64,000 bases of DNA from Chamaesiphon sp. (GCA_965246715.1 CBDFFH010000041.1:72642-136641), one strand, 5' to 3'; shown: positions 18,937 to 30,641, numbered from the stretch's first letter. Translations and numbers: made by a program. Notes: a model not told the origin generated them from the letters alone.

Positions 18937-19335
18937 ATGGATAACGAACTAGTCGAGCGCCAGATCTTTGATGACTCGATCGCGAACTTGGGACTCGATC
19001 GCATCAGCCGTCATATTCTGATTTGTGCCGACCAAACGAAACCGCTATGTTGCGATCGTGCTGCTAGTTTAGAATCGTGGGACTATCTCAAACGCCGCCT
19101 CAAAGAATTAGGTCTCGATCGGCCTAACGCAGATGAGGGCTGTATTTTTCGGACGAAGGCAAACTGTTTGCGTGTGTGTCATCACGGGCCGATTGTTGTT
19201 GTTTATCCTGACGGTGTTTGGTACCATTCTGCTACACCAGCAGTAATCGAACGGATTATTCAAGAGCATCTATTAGCCGATCGGATCGTCACAGAATACG
19301 CATTTTTAACACATCCATTAATTAAAGTAGATTGA
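18937..19335 (+). CDS. Thioredoxin-like [2Fe-2S] ferredoxin
   Basis: [35 protein letters not shown]. Confidence 0.9.
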   Translation: MDNELVERQIFDDSIANLGLDRISRHILICADQTKPLCCDRAASLESWDYLKRRLKELGLDRPNADEGCIFRTKANCLRVCHHGPIVVVYPDGVWYHSATPAVIERIIQEHLLADRIVTEYAFLTHPLIKVD

Positions 19336-19939
19336 GATCGATCGGTACTAACATTTCTGGCTAAAGTGTCTGCGAGATCGTCAAATCTTACCGCGATCCA
19401 TGCCCGAGATTGCTCTATTTATCGCATCGAAGTAGCAGCGGCAATCCTTTAAATCGATCGCTGCGAGAACTTTTAATTTTATCTACTAGTCCGAGCTTAT
19501 TTATAATTCGGCTACAATGATTACCACTCAAGTGCAATCTTAGAGTATTATCTAGAGACACCCACCCCTGAATACTTCCGGCCAAAGCCTTTCTGTCTAG
19601 GAGGATTCGACTGACAGCAGCTTCGTTACCTCAAAGACTAGGTGGCGGATTTCAAGGCTGTAAATATCTAGACCAAATCTGCCGAATATCTATATTTGGT
19701 CGAATCGATCGCTTAGCTACTAACATTAAAATGCTTTCTTTAGAACGATGTTGTTTGAGTGAGTTTAATAATAGGTAGTAGTTCGATTGCTGTCGTGGCG
19801 ATTCGGGTTTCCCAAAGTAAAAACCGTGCTGCTCCGATTGGAGCGGTTGCGCTAACGAGATCGACGGCAAGCCGTTCGGATTAGGTGGTTAAATATAAAT
19901 TCTCTGTTATTACAAACGATTAACTCTAGTCAGAAGATT

Positions 19940-20587
19940 ATGAAAGCAGTTGGTGGAAAAGATCGCAAACGATTACTATTAATCGATGATGACCCCAATC
20001 TCATCTTGTTAGTCAAGGATTATCTAGAGTTTCGGGGCTATGAAGTGGTCACTGCCGACAATGGGAAAGAAGCGTTGCAACTGCTCTCTCAAGATCTCCC
20101 TGACATGATCGTTTGTGACATCATGATGCCAGAAATGGATGGTTATGGCTTGATCGAGAATGTCCGTCAAGATCCGCGTACCAGTTGGATTCCCGTGCTA
20201 TTTCTCTCGGCGAAAGGTCAAAGCCAAGATCGGATCAAGGGTTTGAACTTGGGTGCTGACGTGTATATGGTCAAACCCTTCGAGCCAGAAGAACTCGTCG
20301 CTCAAGTCGAGTCCTCGCTCAAACAAACCAATCGGCTGTTATTACATAACGACGGCATCGGTGAAGATAACTCCCCGATTCAAGTTCCGGCATGTGTGGA
20401 ACTGACACCCACCGAACTCAAAGTCGTGCAATTAGTTGCCAGAGGACTCGCAAATCGGGAAATCGCCCAACAGATGAATGTCAGCCAACGGACGATCGAA
20501 AGTCATGTATCGAACATGCTCGGCAAAACAGGTTTGAGTAATCGCACAGAATTAGCACGGTGGGCGATCGAAACCAGAATGGCGTAA
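19940..20587 (+). CDS. NarL/LuxR-family response regulator
   Basis: REC domain (LLIDDD, CDIMMP, KPF) plus LTPTELKV..GLANREIA HTH. Confidence 0.92.
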   Translation: MKAVGGKDRKRLLLIDDDPNLILLVKDYLEFRGYEVVTADNGKEALQLLSQDLPDMIVCDIMMPEMDGYGLIENVRQDPRTSWIPVLFLSAKGQSQDRIKGLNLGADVYMVKPFEPEELVAQVESSLKQTNRLLLHNDGIGEDNSPIQVPACVELTPTELKVVQLVARGLANREIAQQMNVSQRTIESHVSNMLGKTGLSNRTELARWAIETRMA

Positions 20588-20696
20588 TAAGTTAATGTCA
20601 GTTTGGGATAAGAAGAGCCTAGAGACTGGAAGTCTCCGCTCATGATGCAAAGTCCGCCTACGCGGACTAAATTTCCGGCTCTTCATTACCTAGCCA

Positions 20697-20717
20697 GTAG
20701 GGTGGGCAATGCCCACC
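20697..20717. repeat. REP-like palindrome GTAGGGTGGGCAATGCCCACC
   Basis: GTAG plus hairpin; related copy at 51126-51142. Confidence 0.7.
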
Positions 20718-20758
20718 ACCAGGGTTTGAGCTGATTTCTAGATCGCAAACTTTAGTTT

Positions 20759-22030
20759 TCATTTACCTCGATACATTTCAGTAACCACTGTCGCTAAACG
20801 TTTCATCGCGATCGCAATATCTTCATCGCTGGCGGTAAGACTGATACGGATGCATTGTTGTTTGTGTGCCCAGTCTTCGCGCAAACCAGGGAAAAATGAA
20901 TTGCCAGGGACGACGATAATACCGACTTGCTTGAGGGCTTGATACAGTTCCCAATCGGTTCCGGGGAGATCTTGGAACCACATCCACGCAAAAATCGCGC
21001 CTTCGCCCCGGTGCAGGAACCAGGGCAGATCTTGGGGCATCGATTCATTCAATCCGGCTTCGAGGACGGTGAATTTGTGCTGGTAATATGGACGAATGAC
21101 GCTAGTTGCCAAATCTGCTAACCGCCCACTGGCAATGGCTTTAGCCGCGATCGCTTGTCCGTAGCGGGAGGAGTGGATGCACATATTAGTTTGGAATGAT
21201 TCCAACGCACCAATGTATTTTTCACTACCTAAAGCAATCCCGATTCTTTCTCCAGGCAATCCCGCCTTGGATAAGCTCATACAGTGCAGAATATTTTCAC
21301 CAAATACCGGAGTCATCTCTGTAAAGTTGAGTGCTGGAAATGGTGGGGCATAAGCCGAATCGATCAACACTGGCGCATCGTAACTAGCTGCTAGAGCGGC
21401 GATCTTCTGGACTTCTTCATCTGTAAGCACATTACCTGTGGGATTGCAGGGACGCGAAAATAAGACGCAACCAGTATCTTCACAGATTTGTAACTGACTG
21501 AAATCTGGGCGATATTTAAAGCTATGATGGGCAGCATCGATATCTAACGTCGGCTTATAAGCAACTACCGAATCTGGTGCGATTGCCATCCCCCCATAAC
21601 CCGTATAATCGGGACTCAACGGTAAGACTACCTGTTTCATGTTTCCGCTAGCCGTATGCCCACCAAAGGCATTGGTGGCATAGAAATATAGACTTTGGCT
21701 GCCAGGAGTGATTAAGACATTTCGCGCAGTCAAAGCCAGCTGATAACGCTGATTAAAATCGGTGACGATCGCATCGATTAAGGGTTGATAACCTTGACTC
21801 GACCCATATCTACAGACAACTTCGCCATAATCGGGACCAGCTAATAATTCATGTGTATAATCTCGCCACATTTGCTCGATCTCTGGCAAAATCACTGGAT
21901 TACCCGCGCTCAGATTGATAAACTCTTGCCCTTTTCGAGCTGAGAGCGTCTCTTGAATATCCTTCATGATGGCGCGAACGCCGCTCAGATTGGACATTTG
22001 GGTGCCGATTTGCGATAGTGCGAGATTCAT
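20759..22030 (-). CDS. avtA: Valine--pyruvate transaminase
   Basis: SGVRAIMKDI, FINLSAGNP, SRPCNPTGNV, SLSKAGLPGERIG. Confidence 0.9.
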   Translation of the reverse strand: MNLALSQIGTQMSNLSGVRAIMKDIQETLSARKGQEFINLSAGNPVILPEIEQMWRDYTHELLAGPDYGEVVCRYGSSQGYQPLIDAIVTDFNQRYQLALTARNVLITPGSQSLYFYATNAFGGHTASGNMKQVVLPLSPDYTGYGGMAIAPDSVVAYKPTLDIDAAHHSFKYRPDFSQLQICEDTGCVLFSRPCNPTGNVLTDEEVQKIAALAASYDAPVLIDSAYAPPFPALNFTEMTPVFGENILHCMSLSKAGLPGERIGIALGSEKYIGALESFQTNMCIHSSRYGQAIAAKAIASGRLADLATSVIRPYYQHKFTVLEAGLNESMPQDLPWFLHRGEGAIFAWMWFQDLPGTDWELYQALKQVGIIVVPGNSFFPGLREDWAHKQQCIRISLTASDEDIAIAMKRLATVVTEMYRGK

Positions 22031-22251
22031 AATAACGAAGGGCGATCGATCCGAAGTTACAGACATTATAAACAACGACTCTACCAAGTTGTCTATAATT
22101 GAGTCTCGCTGAAGGTATCAATTTCAATCGAAAAACTAGATCTAATGTACGCCAAATGACTAAAACTCATTAATTAAGCGTCAGCGGAAATTAAAGTGTA
22201 GGTAATGGGTTAAATGACGATCGATCGCTAACAAATCAGGAGGTAAATAAC

Positions 22252-23385
22252 TTGACTAGAGTTGGAATTGGGATTCGCACGGCAACCAAACGGACAGAAC
22301 GTGCTAAAGGACAAATTCACGTCTATGATGGGGCGGGTAAAGGTAAATCCCAAGCTGCTTTGGGTGTGGTATTACGCACGATCGGGTTGGGTATCGAGTC
22401 GGGTGCAGATACTCGGATCTTGTTACTCCAGTTTTTGAAAGGAGCCGATCGGGAGTACGATGAGGATGCCGCGATCGCCGCGCTCAGAAGAAGTTTTCCC
22501 CATTTAATCGATCGAGTCCGAACGGGTAGGTCGGAATATTTCGGTAGAGATGAAGTCATCGAATTCGATCGAGCCGAAGCCAATCGGGCTTGGACGATTG
22601 CTAAAGGCGCGATTTTCTCGGATTTATATTCGGTCATCGTGCTCGATGAAATGAATCCTGCGTTGGACTTAGGCTTGCTCGATGTCGCTGAAGTCGTAAA
22701 CATCCTACAAGCCAAACCCATTCACCTCGAAGTGATCGTGACTGGGAGAGACACCCCCACAGCTTTACTGGAGATTGCCGATTTACATTCAGAGATGAAG
22801 GCACATCATCACCCCGAAGCCGCAGCGCAAGGGATTAGGGGCATCGAAATTTATACAGGTGCAGGTAAAGGTAAATCTACTAGCGCACTCGGCAAAGCCT
22901 TACAAGCGATCGGGAAAGGCATCGGCGAAGACCGATCCCATCGAGTATTAATTATGCAATGGCTCAAAGGTGGTACTGGCTATACAGAAGATGCCGCGAT
23001 CGATGCTCTGAAAAAAAGTTATCCACAATTAGTAGACCATCATCGGTGCGGTGGCGATGCGATCGTGTGGCGCGGCAAACAGCAGGAGATCGACTTTATT
23101 GAGGCCGAAAGAGGCTGGGAAATCGCCAGTAGTGCGATTGCCTCTGGACTCTATAAGACCATTATTCTCGACGAGTTAAACCCTACGGTCGATTTAGATC
23201 TGCTCCCCCAAGATCCGATCGTCCAATGCCTGCTCGATAAACCTGAAGATACTCAAGTAATTATTACGGGACGCTGTTTTAATACTCCCGCCTACTTCGA
23301 TCTTGCTAGCGTCCATTCGGAAATGATCTGTCACAAACATTATGCCGATCGGGGTGTAGATCTCAGAAGAGGCGTGGATTTTTAG
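22252..23385 (+). CDS. cobO: Cob(I)yrinic acid a,c-diamide adenosyltransferase (two-domain cyanobacterial form)
   Basis: Two YxGxGKGKS motifs, QFLKG/QWLKG, LDE.N, GVDF end. Confidence 0.9.
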   Translation: MTRVGIGIRTATKRTERAKGQIHVYDGAGKGKSQAALGVVLRTIGLGIESGADTRILLLQFLKGADREYDEDAAIAALRRSFPHLIDRVRTGRSEYFGRDEVIEFDRAEANRAWTIAKGAIFSDLYSVIVLDEMNPALDLGLLDVAEVVNILQAKPIHLEVIVTGRDTPTALLEIADLHSEMKAHHHPEAAAQGIRGIEIYTGAGKGKSTSALGKALQAIGKGIGEDRSHRVLIMQWLKGGTGYTEDAAIDALKKSYPQLVDHHRCGGDAIVWRGKQQEIDFIEAERGWEIASSAIASGLYKTIILDELNPTVDLDLLPQDPIVQCLLDKPEDTQVIITGRCFNTPAYFDLASVHSEMICHKHYADRGVDLRRGVDF

Positions 23386-23410
23386 TTAATTGTTATTTGT
23401 TTTATCTCCC

Positions 23411-24448
23411 ATGAACCGCACTAACCCCGAACTCTGGACGCAACTCCTCCAACAACTCCTCGATGGTCGATCGCTCAGTCGATCGCAATCAACCACACTC
23501 ATGCAGGGCTGGCTCAACGGTGACATTCCGCCCGTCCTTTCTGGAGCGATTTTAGCGGCTTTAGAAGCCAAAAAAATTACCGTCCCCGAACTTGCAGGAA
23601 TGGCGCAGGTATTGCAATCACCCGCGATCGAATATCCATTTCCAGTCATCGACACCTGCGGTACTGGTGGCGATGGCGCATCCACCTTTAATATCTCCAC
23701 TGCAGTGGCATTTGTTGCGGCAGCAGCAGGGGTCAAAGTAGCAAAACATGGGAGTAGGTCTGCATCCAGTCGCGTCGGCTCCGCAGACGTATTAGAGGCG
23801 CTGGGAGTAAGGTTGACCGCTCCATCAGAATGTGTGACCGCTGCATTAGATAAAGTCGGCATCACTTTTTTATTCGCCCCTGGCTGGCACCCCGCCATGA
23901 AAGCCGTGGCTCCGCTGCGTCAGGAATTAAAAATTAGGACGGTATTCAACCTCATCGGCCCGCTCGTCAATCCCCTGCGCCCAACCGGACAAATTATCGG
24001 GGTATTTACATCACATTTGCTGGAAACGATCGCTGAAGCAGCAGGTCTTTTAGGTACTCAACAAGCGATCGTGCTACACGGACGCGAGGGGTTGGATGAG
24101 GCTGGTTTGGGCGATGCCACAGACTTGGCAATTTTAACTAATGGTGAAGTCAAACTTACTAGCATCGATCCTGTGGAATTGGGACTTACCCCCGCACCAC
24201 TTTCGGCACTCAAAGGCGGAGATGTCGCCGAAAATGCGGCAATTCTCACCGCAATTTTGCAAGGTAAAGGGACTCCCGCCCAACGCGATGCAGTCGCACT
24301 CAATGCGGGCTTAGCGTTGCAAGTGGGTAATCTCGTACCCTTGGGAGCACATCAGCAAGGGGTAGAGCTGGCAAAAATAGTAATGAGTAGTGGCGCGGCT
24401 TGGGATAAGTTGACTGAATTAGTTAAGTTTTTGGATGTAGTGGACTAA
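23411..24448 (+). CDS. trpD: Anthranilate phosphoribosyltransferase
   Basis: [34 protein letters not shown]. Confidence 0.95.
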   Translation: MNRTNPELWTQLLQQLLDGRSLSRSQSTTLMQGWLNGDIPPVLSGAILAALEAKKITVPELAGMAQVLQSPAIEYPFPVIDTCGTGGDGASTFNISTAVAFVAAAAGVKVAKHGSRSASSRVGSADVLEALGVRLTAPSECVTAALDKVGITFLFAPGWHPAMKAVAPLRQELKIRTVFNLIGPLVNPLRPTGQIIGVFTSHLLETIAEAAGLLGTQQAIVLHGREGLDEAGLGDATDLAILTNGEVKLTSIDPVELGLTPAPLSALKGGDVAENAAILTAILQGKGTPAQRDAVALNAGLALQVGNLVPLGAHQQGVELAKIVMSSGAAWDKLTELVKFLDVVD

Positions 24449-24549
24449 CATCTTGGCATTCCTGAATTCAGGGATGATTTATTTTAGGGGTAAACCCTAA
24501 ATTCCCAGGGAATTTCATATTTCTCTTTTCTTTGAATCGATCGCTTATT

Positions 24550-25518
24550 TTAAGTACTCTTTACTAGCTTTTTGGATTTTAGATTAGATGATGTCAATTT
24601 ACGTTTGAACGCGATAATCGCACCACCAGCAATGAGCGAACCCAAGATCGTTGTTGGTTCGGGGACAGATGTAGACACGGTATTAAATGCTAAATTACCG
24701 ATGAGCTGATGTCCGGTGGTAGTCGGGTGAAACGGGTCCCAAAATAGATAAGAATTAGGATCGTTACAGATACCAGACGCGCTCAAGCATGAGTCGGTGA
24801 CATTGGTAAATCCAAAATTGCTAGGATTGGTAGCAACCTGTTTAAATAATGAATTAACGTCTAATAAAGTCAAATTAACGCTAGGATTAAGTTTGCGTAA
24901 ATTATCAATACCCACTGCTAGACCTTGATTATGGAATTGGGTCAAAGTATTCAAAGCTATCGCATTAGCAGGAACCTGATTAACAAGCGGAATGGCACCT
25001 AAATCCGGTAAATTGGAAACTAAAATGTTTTTAGCACCGCGTCGGGCCAGCGCAGAGATCTCCCCAGCCAAATTATCGAGGGGTATAGTTGGATCTGTAC
25101 TTCCACCGCCTAGATAATCATTGGCTCCGCCCCAAATAATATAGAGGGCATTAGCATCGCTAATAGAACTACCTGCAAGCTGATTTTGAATTCCACCCAA
25201 AGCAGCAACGCCCGAGGTGGTATTTACCTTTCCCGTCGTGGCACCACCTGCCGCGAAATTAGTATTTTTATCGATTGCTAAACCTAGACTGGCGGCTAGA
25301 TACTCCACCCAAATCGGGCCGTTAGAGAACTTGCCACCAGTAGCAGCACCATACGGTGGAGCAGGATCGCTTGTAGTCTTCGTTAGGTCATATGCTCGAC
25401 CCAGATCGGACAAGCTATCGCCATAGACAACCAATTGACTGAATGTTGCCGCGATCGCGTTCATCGGGGCGAGAGTAGCTGCTAAAATCAATCCACAAAC
25501 GATCGAAAATCTTTTCAT
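24550..25518 (-). CDS. Secreted SGNH/GDSL hydrolase with PEP-CTERM sorting signal
   Basis: GDSLSD, GGANDY, WDPFHPT; VPEP-TM-KRK tail. Confidence 0.92.
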   Translation of the reverse strand: MKRFSIVCGLILAATLAPMNAIAATFSQLVVYGDSLSDLGRAYDLTKTTSDPAPPYGAATGGKFSNGPIWVEYLAASLGLAIDKNTNFAAGGATTGKVNTTSGVAALGGIQNQLAGSSISDANALYIIWGGANDYLGGGSTDPTIPLDNLAGEISALARRGAKNILVSNLPDLGAIPLVNQVPANAIALNTLTQFHNQGLAVGIDNLRKLNPSVNLTLLDVNSLFKQVATNPSNFGFTNVTDSCLSASGICNDPNSYLFWDPFHPTTTGHQLIGNLAFNTVSTSVPEPTTILGSLIAGGAIIAFKRKLTSSNLKSKKLVKST

Positions 25519-25745
25519 GTGGTTTATTTTGGTTCCGATCGAACCAAATAAGAATTAGATCGAATACAAAAGAAATACCTTCTTTATATATTAATAGTAC
25601 CCTCACCCATGTGATGTAGTAACAAGCACGATCGCTAAAACTGCTTGTTAAATTTAATACAGCAGTCGATCGATAAGGTCGAGAATTCAAGCATGAGAAC
25701 ATCAGTGGAGCATTTACCATAAATTATCCTAAGTGGGGAAGCACC

Positions 25746-25778
25746 CGATTCTCCTCTCAAAGAGGCTGCGCCAACGAT
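25746..25778. repeat. Small dispersed repeat flanked by CGAT
   Basis: cgat-tctcctctcaaagaggctgcgccaa-cgat; related to 34177-34235 and 60744-60768. Confidence 0.6.
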
Positions 25779-25799
25779 TTACTGAAGTTCCAGTTTACA

Positions 25800-26071
25800 A
25801 ATATGTGGCGTGAGGAATCGAGTAAAACAATCGATTCCACAAGGCATAGCGTCTCAGCAAGCATTGAAAATAACTATCGATTTCGACTTTATTCGCATTG
25901 CGGATTGGAGGTAATTGCGTGAAGACAAGCATTTAAAACTAGATCTTTGACGTTATCCAATCCATGAGTTCTGATATATAAAAAGGCGCGACTCAACCCT
26001 TTGGCGATCGCATCGGCAAATTCAGCTCTAGATAAATCCCAATCTCGATCGTCGATTTTCAATGTACTCAT
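25800..26071 (-). pseudogene. Decayed hypothetical gene
   Basis: ...VLNACLH..NPQCE*SRNR*LFSML: protein-like reading continues through in-frame stops. Confidence 0.5.
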
Positions 26072-26132
26072 ATGTTAAAATTAGCCCTTCTCAAGTTTCG
26101 TTGATAAATTATAGTTGTTGAGGGTCGATCGG

Positions 26133-27056
26133 ATGAGTGGCTTAAAAGGTCGGGATTTACTGAGCATGACAGATCTCAGTACTGAGGAGACGCTCGCGCT
26201 ATTACAACTTGCTGCCGACCTCAAGCAGGGCAAGATTAAGCCAGTTTGTCAGCAGACTTTGGGATTACTTTTTTATAAGGCTTCGACGCGCACTCGGGTA
26301 AGTTTTTTTGCGGCGATGACGCAGTTAGGCGGACAGGTGATCGATTTGAATATCGGTGCGATGCAAATCGGTCGGGGCGAACCATTGGCTGACACGGCGC
26401 GGGTATTAGATCGGTATCTAGATGTCTTGGCAATTCGTACTTTCGACCACGCTGACGTACATACTTATGCCAAGTATGCGCGGATGCCGATTATTAATGC
26501 CTTGACAGACTTCGAGCATCCGTGTCAAGTATTAGCAGATTTGCAGACGATTCAGGAAAATTTCGGACAGTTGGCAGGATTGAAGCTTGCCTATCTGGGC
26601 GATGGCAATAATATGGCACACTCGCTGATGCTGGGTTGTGCGATCGTGGGGATGGATATCGCGATCGCCTGTCCTGCTAATTTTATGCCAGATCCACAGG
26701 TAGTTACTCAAGCAAAATCGATCGCGGCAATTAAAGGTACACAAATAATCGTCACCCAATCTGCCGAGGAAGCTGTCAGTGGGGCGAATATAGTATATAC
26801 CGATGTCTGGGCGAGTATGGGACAAGAATCAGAATCGGATACGCGCATTCCGGTGTTCCAACCCTATCAAGTCAATGCCCAGTTACTAACCATCGCCGAT
26901 TCTAGCTCGATCGTGTTGCACTGTCTACCAGCTCATCGGGGTGAAGAGATTACTGATGATGTCTTAGAAGGTACTCGATCGCGTGTCTGGGATCAAGCTG
27001 AAAACCGGATGCACGCTCAGAAAGCTCTATTGGCAAGCGTTCTAGGTGCTGTTTGA
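26133..27056 (+). CDS. argF: Ornithine carbamoyltransferase
   Basis: STRTR, HPCQ, YTDVWASMG, HCLPAHRG. Confidence 0.96.
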   Translation: MSGLKGRDLLSMTDLSTEETLALLQLAADLKQGKIKPVCQQTLGLLFYKASTRTRVSFFAAMTQLGGQVIDLNIGAMQIGRGEPLADTARVLDRYLDVLAIRTFDHADVHTYAKYARMPIINALTDFEHPCQVLADLQTIQENFGQLAGLKLAYLGDGNNMAHSLMLGCAIVGMDIAIACPANFMPDPQVVTQAKSIAAIKGTQIIVTQSAEEAVSGANIVYTDVWASMGQESESDTRIPVFQPYQVNAQLLTIADSSSIVLHCLPAHRGEEITDDVLEGTRSRVWDQAENRMHAQKALLASVLGAV

Positions 27057-27196
27057 TGCTGTTAGATTTTTGCTAACACTCCACTATCTAGATGAATAAT
27101 TTGCTCTAGCAATCTCGATCGAGTCTAGAATACAAGGGATAGGTAGACTTTATCTTCTCAACACTCGACCGCCGCAGCCGGCGCACAAGCTTCGCA

Positions 27197-29709
27197 ATGC
27201 CAACCGCCACCACCTCCACTCTTACCCATCGTCCGCAACTGCTCGCGCCAGCCGGAAATTGGGAATGTGCCAAAGCCGCGATCGAAAATGGTGCAGACGC
27301 GATCTATTTTGGGTTGGAGCGGTTTAATGCCAGAATGCGGGCGGATAACTTTACCGAAGGCGATTTACCCGAATTGATGTCGTGGTTGCATCAGCGTGGT
27401 GTCAAGGGCTATGTCACGCTGAACACGCTGATTTTTACTCAAGAGTTACCCGCCGTCGAGCAGTATCTTCGCAGCATTATTTTAGCGGGTGTCGATGCCG
27501 CGATCGTTCAAGATGCGGGAATTTGTCGGTTAATTCGGCATTTATCGCCAGATTTTCCGATTCATGCGTCTACCCAGATGACCGTGACGAGTGCGGCTGG
27601 GGTAGAATTTGCCCATGAATTGGGCTGCAATTTAGTTGTCTTGGCGCGAGAATGTTCGCTGACAGAAATCGAGAAGATTCAGTCACAATTAGGCGATCGC
27701 AAGATCTCAATTCCCTTAGAAGTATTCGTGCATGGTGCCTTGTGCGTTGCCTATTCTGGGCAATGTTTGACGAGCGAATCATTAGGCGGTCGATCGGCAA
27801 ATCGGGGTGAATGTGCCCAAGCTTGTCGGATGCCTTACGATCTGATTGTCGATAATGAATTATATAATTTAGGCGATCGGAAATACCTACTCAGTCCTCA
27901 AGATTTAGCTGGAATTTCGGTATTACCAGAAATAGTTAAAACTGGTGTGAGCTGTCTGAAGATTGAAGGACGACTCAAAACACCTGAATATGTGGCGAGC
28001 GTGACGCGAGTTTATCGATCTGCTTTAGATAAGATTTGTGCAGATTTAGCACTGGAACCAGATCGAGATCGCGATACATACAATCTGGAAATGGCATTCT
28101 CTCGGGGCTTATATACTGGCTGGTTTGAAGGCATCGACAATCAAGCTTTAGTACATGCCAGATTTGGAAAAAAACGGGGTGTATATTTAGGCGAAGTAAC
28201 CAGAGTTTATCCCGATCGCGAGGCAATTACGATCGATCCGATTGCCGATATTAAAGCTGGTGATGGGATCGTCTTCGACTGCGGACACCCAGAAGTCAGG
28301 GAAGAGGGCGGACGGGTATATGAGGTATTTAAAGGTAATGGTAATAATGCTGAAACTATGCTCTCCTTCGGGCGCGGCGCTGTGAATTTTCGGCAGGTTT
28401 CGATCGGTGATAAAATCTGGAAAACCAGCGATCCAGAATTAGATAAAAAAGTCCGTCAGACTTATGCAGGCGATGTCCCACAATTTCAACGTCCGATCGA
28501 TTTAGAAATACATGGAGCAGTCAACCAGCCACTGATTGCGATCGCCCGCGATGAGCTGGGGCATGTGGTCCAAGTAGAATCGGAGCTATTATTAGTTTCC
28601 GCCCAAAATCAACCATTAACTACCGACAAACTCAAATCCCAATTAGGACGATTGGGAAATACGCCGTTTTGTTTGGGGAATTTGACAAATAATTTAGTTG
28701 GTGAGCCGATCTTACCTGTCAGCGCACTCAACCAACTGCGACGGGAATTAGTTAATAAATTAACAAAGGTGCGCAGCCAACCCAAACAGTGGCAATTATC
28801 GCCAACTAGTCAATTAAAAGATCTCTTGCCTGAAGTTGGAAATATCTCGATCCAGCCACCGCAATTAATTATTTTAGTGCGTAAATTAGACCAAATTCCC
28901 GCTGCGATCGCATCCGGTGCGGTGCTGATTTATTGCGAACTCGAAGATCCGCGTAAATATCGCGAAGCAGTCCAATTAGTTCGCGCCGCCAAACAGACAA
29001 AAATCAATCCGCCGCAGATATTTGTGGCACCACCACGAATTACTAAATCTGGTGAAAATTGGATTTTAGAACAAGTGCGATCGAGTGATGCTGATGGTTA
29101 TTTAATCAGAAATTACGACCAGTTAGAGTTTTTTAAAAGCGAACGGTGTGTCGGAGATTTTGCCCTAAATGTGGCGAATTCACTAGCTGCTGAGTATTTC
29201 TATCAAAACTATACTTTAGAGCGGCTGACGGCTTCCTACGACCTAAATATCGACCAATTAACCGCCTTGATCCGTAGTTGTCCCCGCGACTGGTTTGAAG
29301 TGACGATCCACCAACACATGCCGATGTTTCATATGGAGCATTGCGTTTTCTGTGCGTTCTTATCTGAAGGAACCGATTATACCAATTGCGGTCGTCCCTG
29401 CGAAGAACATCAGGTGAAATTACGCGATCGAGTTGGTACCGAACATATCCTCCAAGCTGATGCTGGCTGTCGAAATACGGTATTTAACGGCACCGCTCAA
29501 ACTGGAGCTGAATATATTCACCGCCTGATTGCATTAGGTGTCTATAATTTTCGGACTCGAATTTGTCGAATGAATCACCAGCACAAATAAGTCAAACAAT
29601 CGGTTATTATCAACAATTAATCGGCGGTCAAATTAGTGGTACCGAACTGTGGAAAGATCTGAATCTGATCGATCGATTAGGTGTCACTCGTGGTTCTTTA
29701 GGTGTTTAA
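27197..29709 (+). CDS. U32 family Fe-S protein with DUF3656 (RlhA-like); C-terminus frameshifted
   Basis: LLAPAG, HASTQ, HGALCVAYSGQC, NRGECAQAC, LKIEGR; expected tail ...GVTRGSLGV* lies in another frame ending at 29709. Confidence 0.85.
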
Positions 29710-29829
29710 AAATACGGGTTTATAGGGAAAGTTTCTGCTTTTGATTTCAATAGCTCGAGCGATATCAAGCATAAAACCACGAATCTCACTAGTAAACATA
29801 AAAGATGTTTAGTCTCATGATACTAGTTA

Positions 29830-30044
29830 ACGTGAGTTCGGTTTAAGGATTTTCGCTTAATGGCTCCTAGCTTTGTTTATGCACCGCCCTCAAATGAATT
29901 TGGGGCTAATAGTGAAAGTCCATTGAAATGGACTGATTAAAAACATGCAGTTATCTTCAGAGAACTTTTGTTATTAGCCCGAACTTCTAGTCCAGGGCGG
30001 TGTTGGAACGCAGCAAATCGAGTTTCCTTATCCCGAACTCACGT
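29830..30044. mobile_element. IS982-type MITE, copy A
   Basis: Terminal inverted repeats ACGTGAGTTCGG...CCGAACTCACGT; 6-bp duplication TAGTTA. Confidence 0.85.
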
Positions 30045-30091
30045 TAGTTAATTACAACTGTTGTATGATTTTTACATAGAAATGATAAACG

Positions 30092-30508
30092 ATGACACAA
30101 TTCATGCTAATTATTAGCGATCCATCTAAAATTATTTTAGAAGATTTAAATATTGATAGTATTTCTATAAATGACTCAAGCAGCTTTTTGAAAAATATAG
30201 CAAATCAATTATTTACTCAGGAGCAACTAGATTTATGTTGGTATCCTGCGAGCGAGAGATATAGGGAACCTGTCCACGATCTATTCAACGAAGCTTATAA
30301 CTTTGTTGCTGAAGGGCAAGATTTTACTGAAACAGTTTTTGGTAAACTTATACTGAGAGTATTACCAACATGCCAAGAAGTTGCAATCTGGTATTCTGAT
30401 AATTTTCAAGATTTACCTTCTTCAAACGACGAAAAAGAGTTTGTTAAGCTAATTAGTTATGAAATGCAAAAAGGCTTAGGAGAGACATACTTGAGGTTTA
30501 AGCAGTAA
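30092..30508 (+). CDS. AT-rich hypothetical protein
   Basis: 138-aa ORF with ATG; composition more AT-rich than its flanks. Confidence 0.6.
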   Translation: MTQFMLIISDPSKIILEDLNIDSISINDSSSFLKNIANQLFTQEQLDLCWYPASERYREPVHDLFNEAYNFVAEGQDFTETVFGKLILRVLPTCQEVAIWYSDNFQDLPSSNDEKEFVKLISYEMQKGLGETYLRFKQ

Positions 30509-30559
30509 TTTCCTTTCTATATTTAGGTATTACTATTTTCTCGAACGGTTATTGGTGAG

Positions 30560-30627
30560 TCAGGGCGGGTTTTAGCTCAAGGTTACGAGTAAAACCAAAA
30601 TCAACTTCATCAACCCGCCCCCACAGA
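30560..30627. repeat. REP-like inverted repeat between convergent genes
   Basis: gggcgggtt...aacccgccc. Confidence 0.55.
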
Positions 30628-30641
30628 TCCCAAGTAGGCAA

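Noticed and set aside
22252..23385. Duplicated CobO domain as a novelty
   Set aside because: The two-domain form is the usual cyanobacterial one
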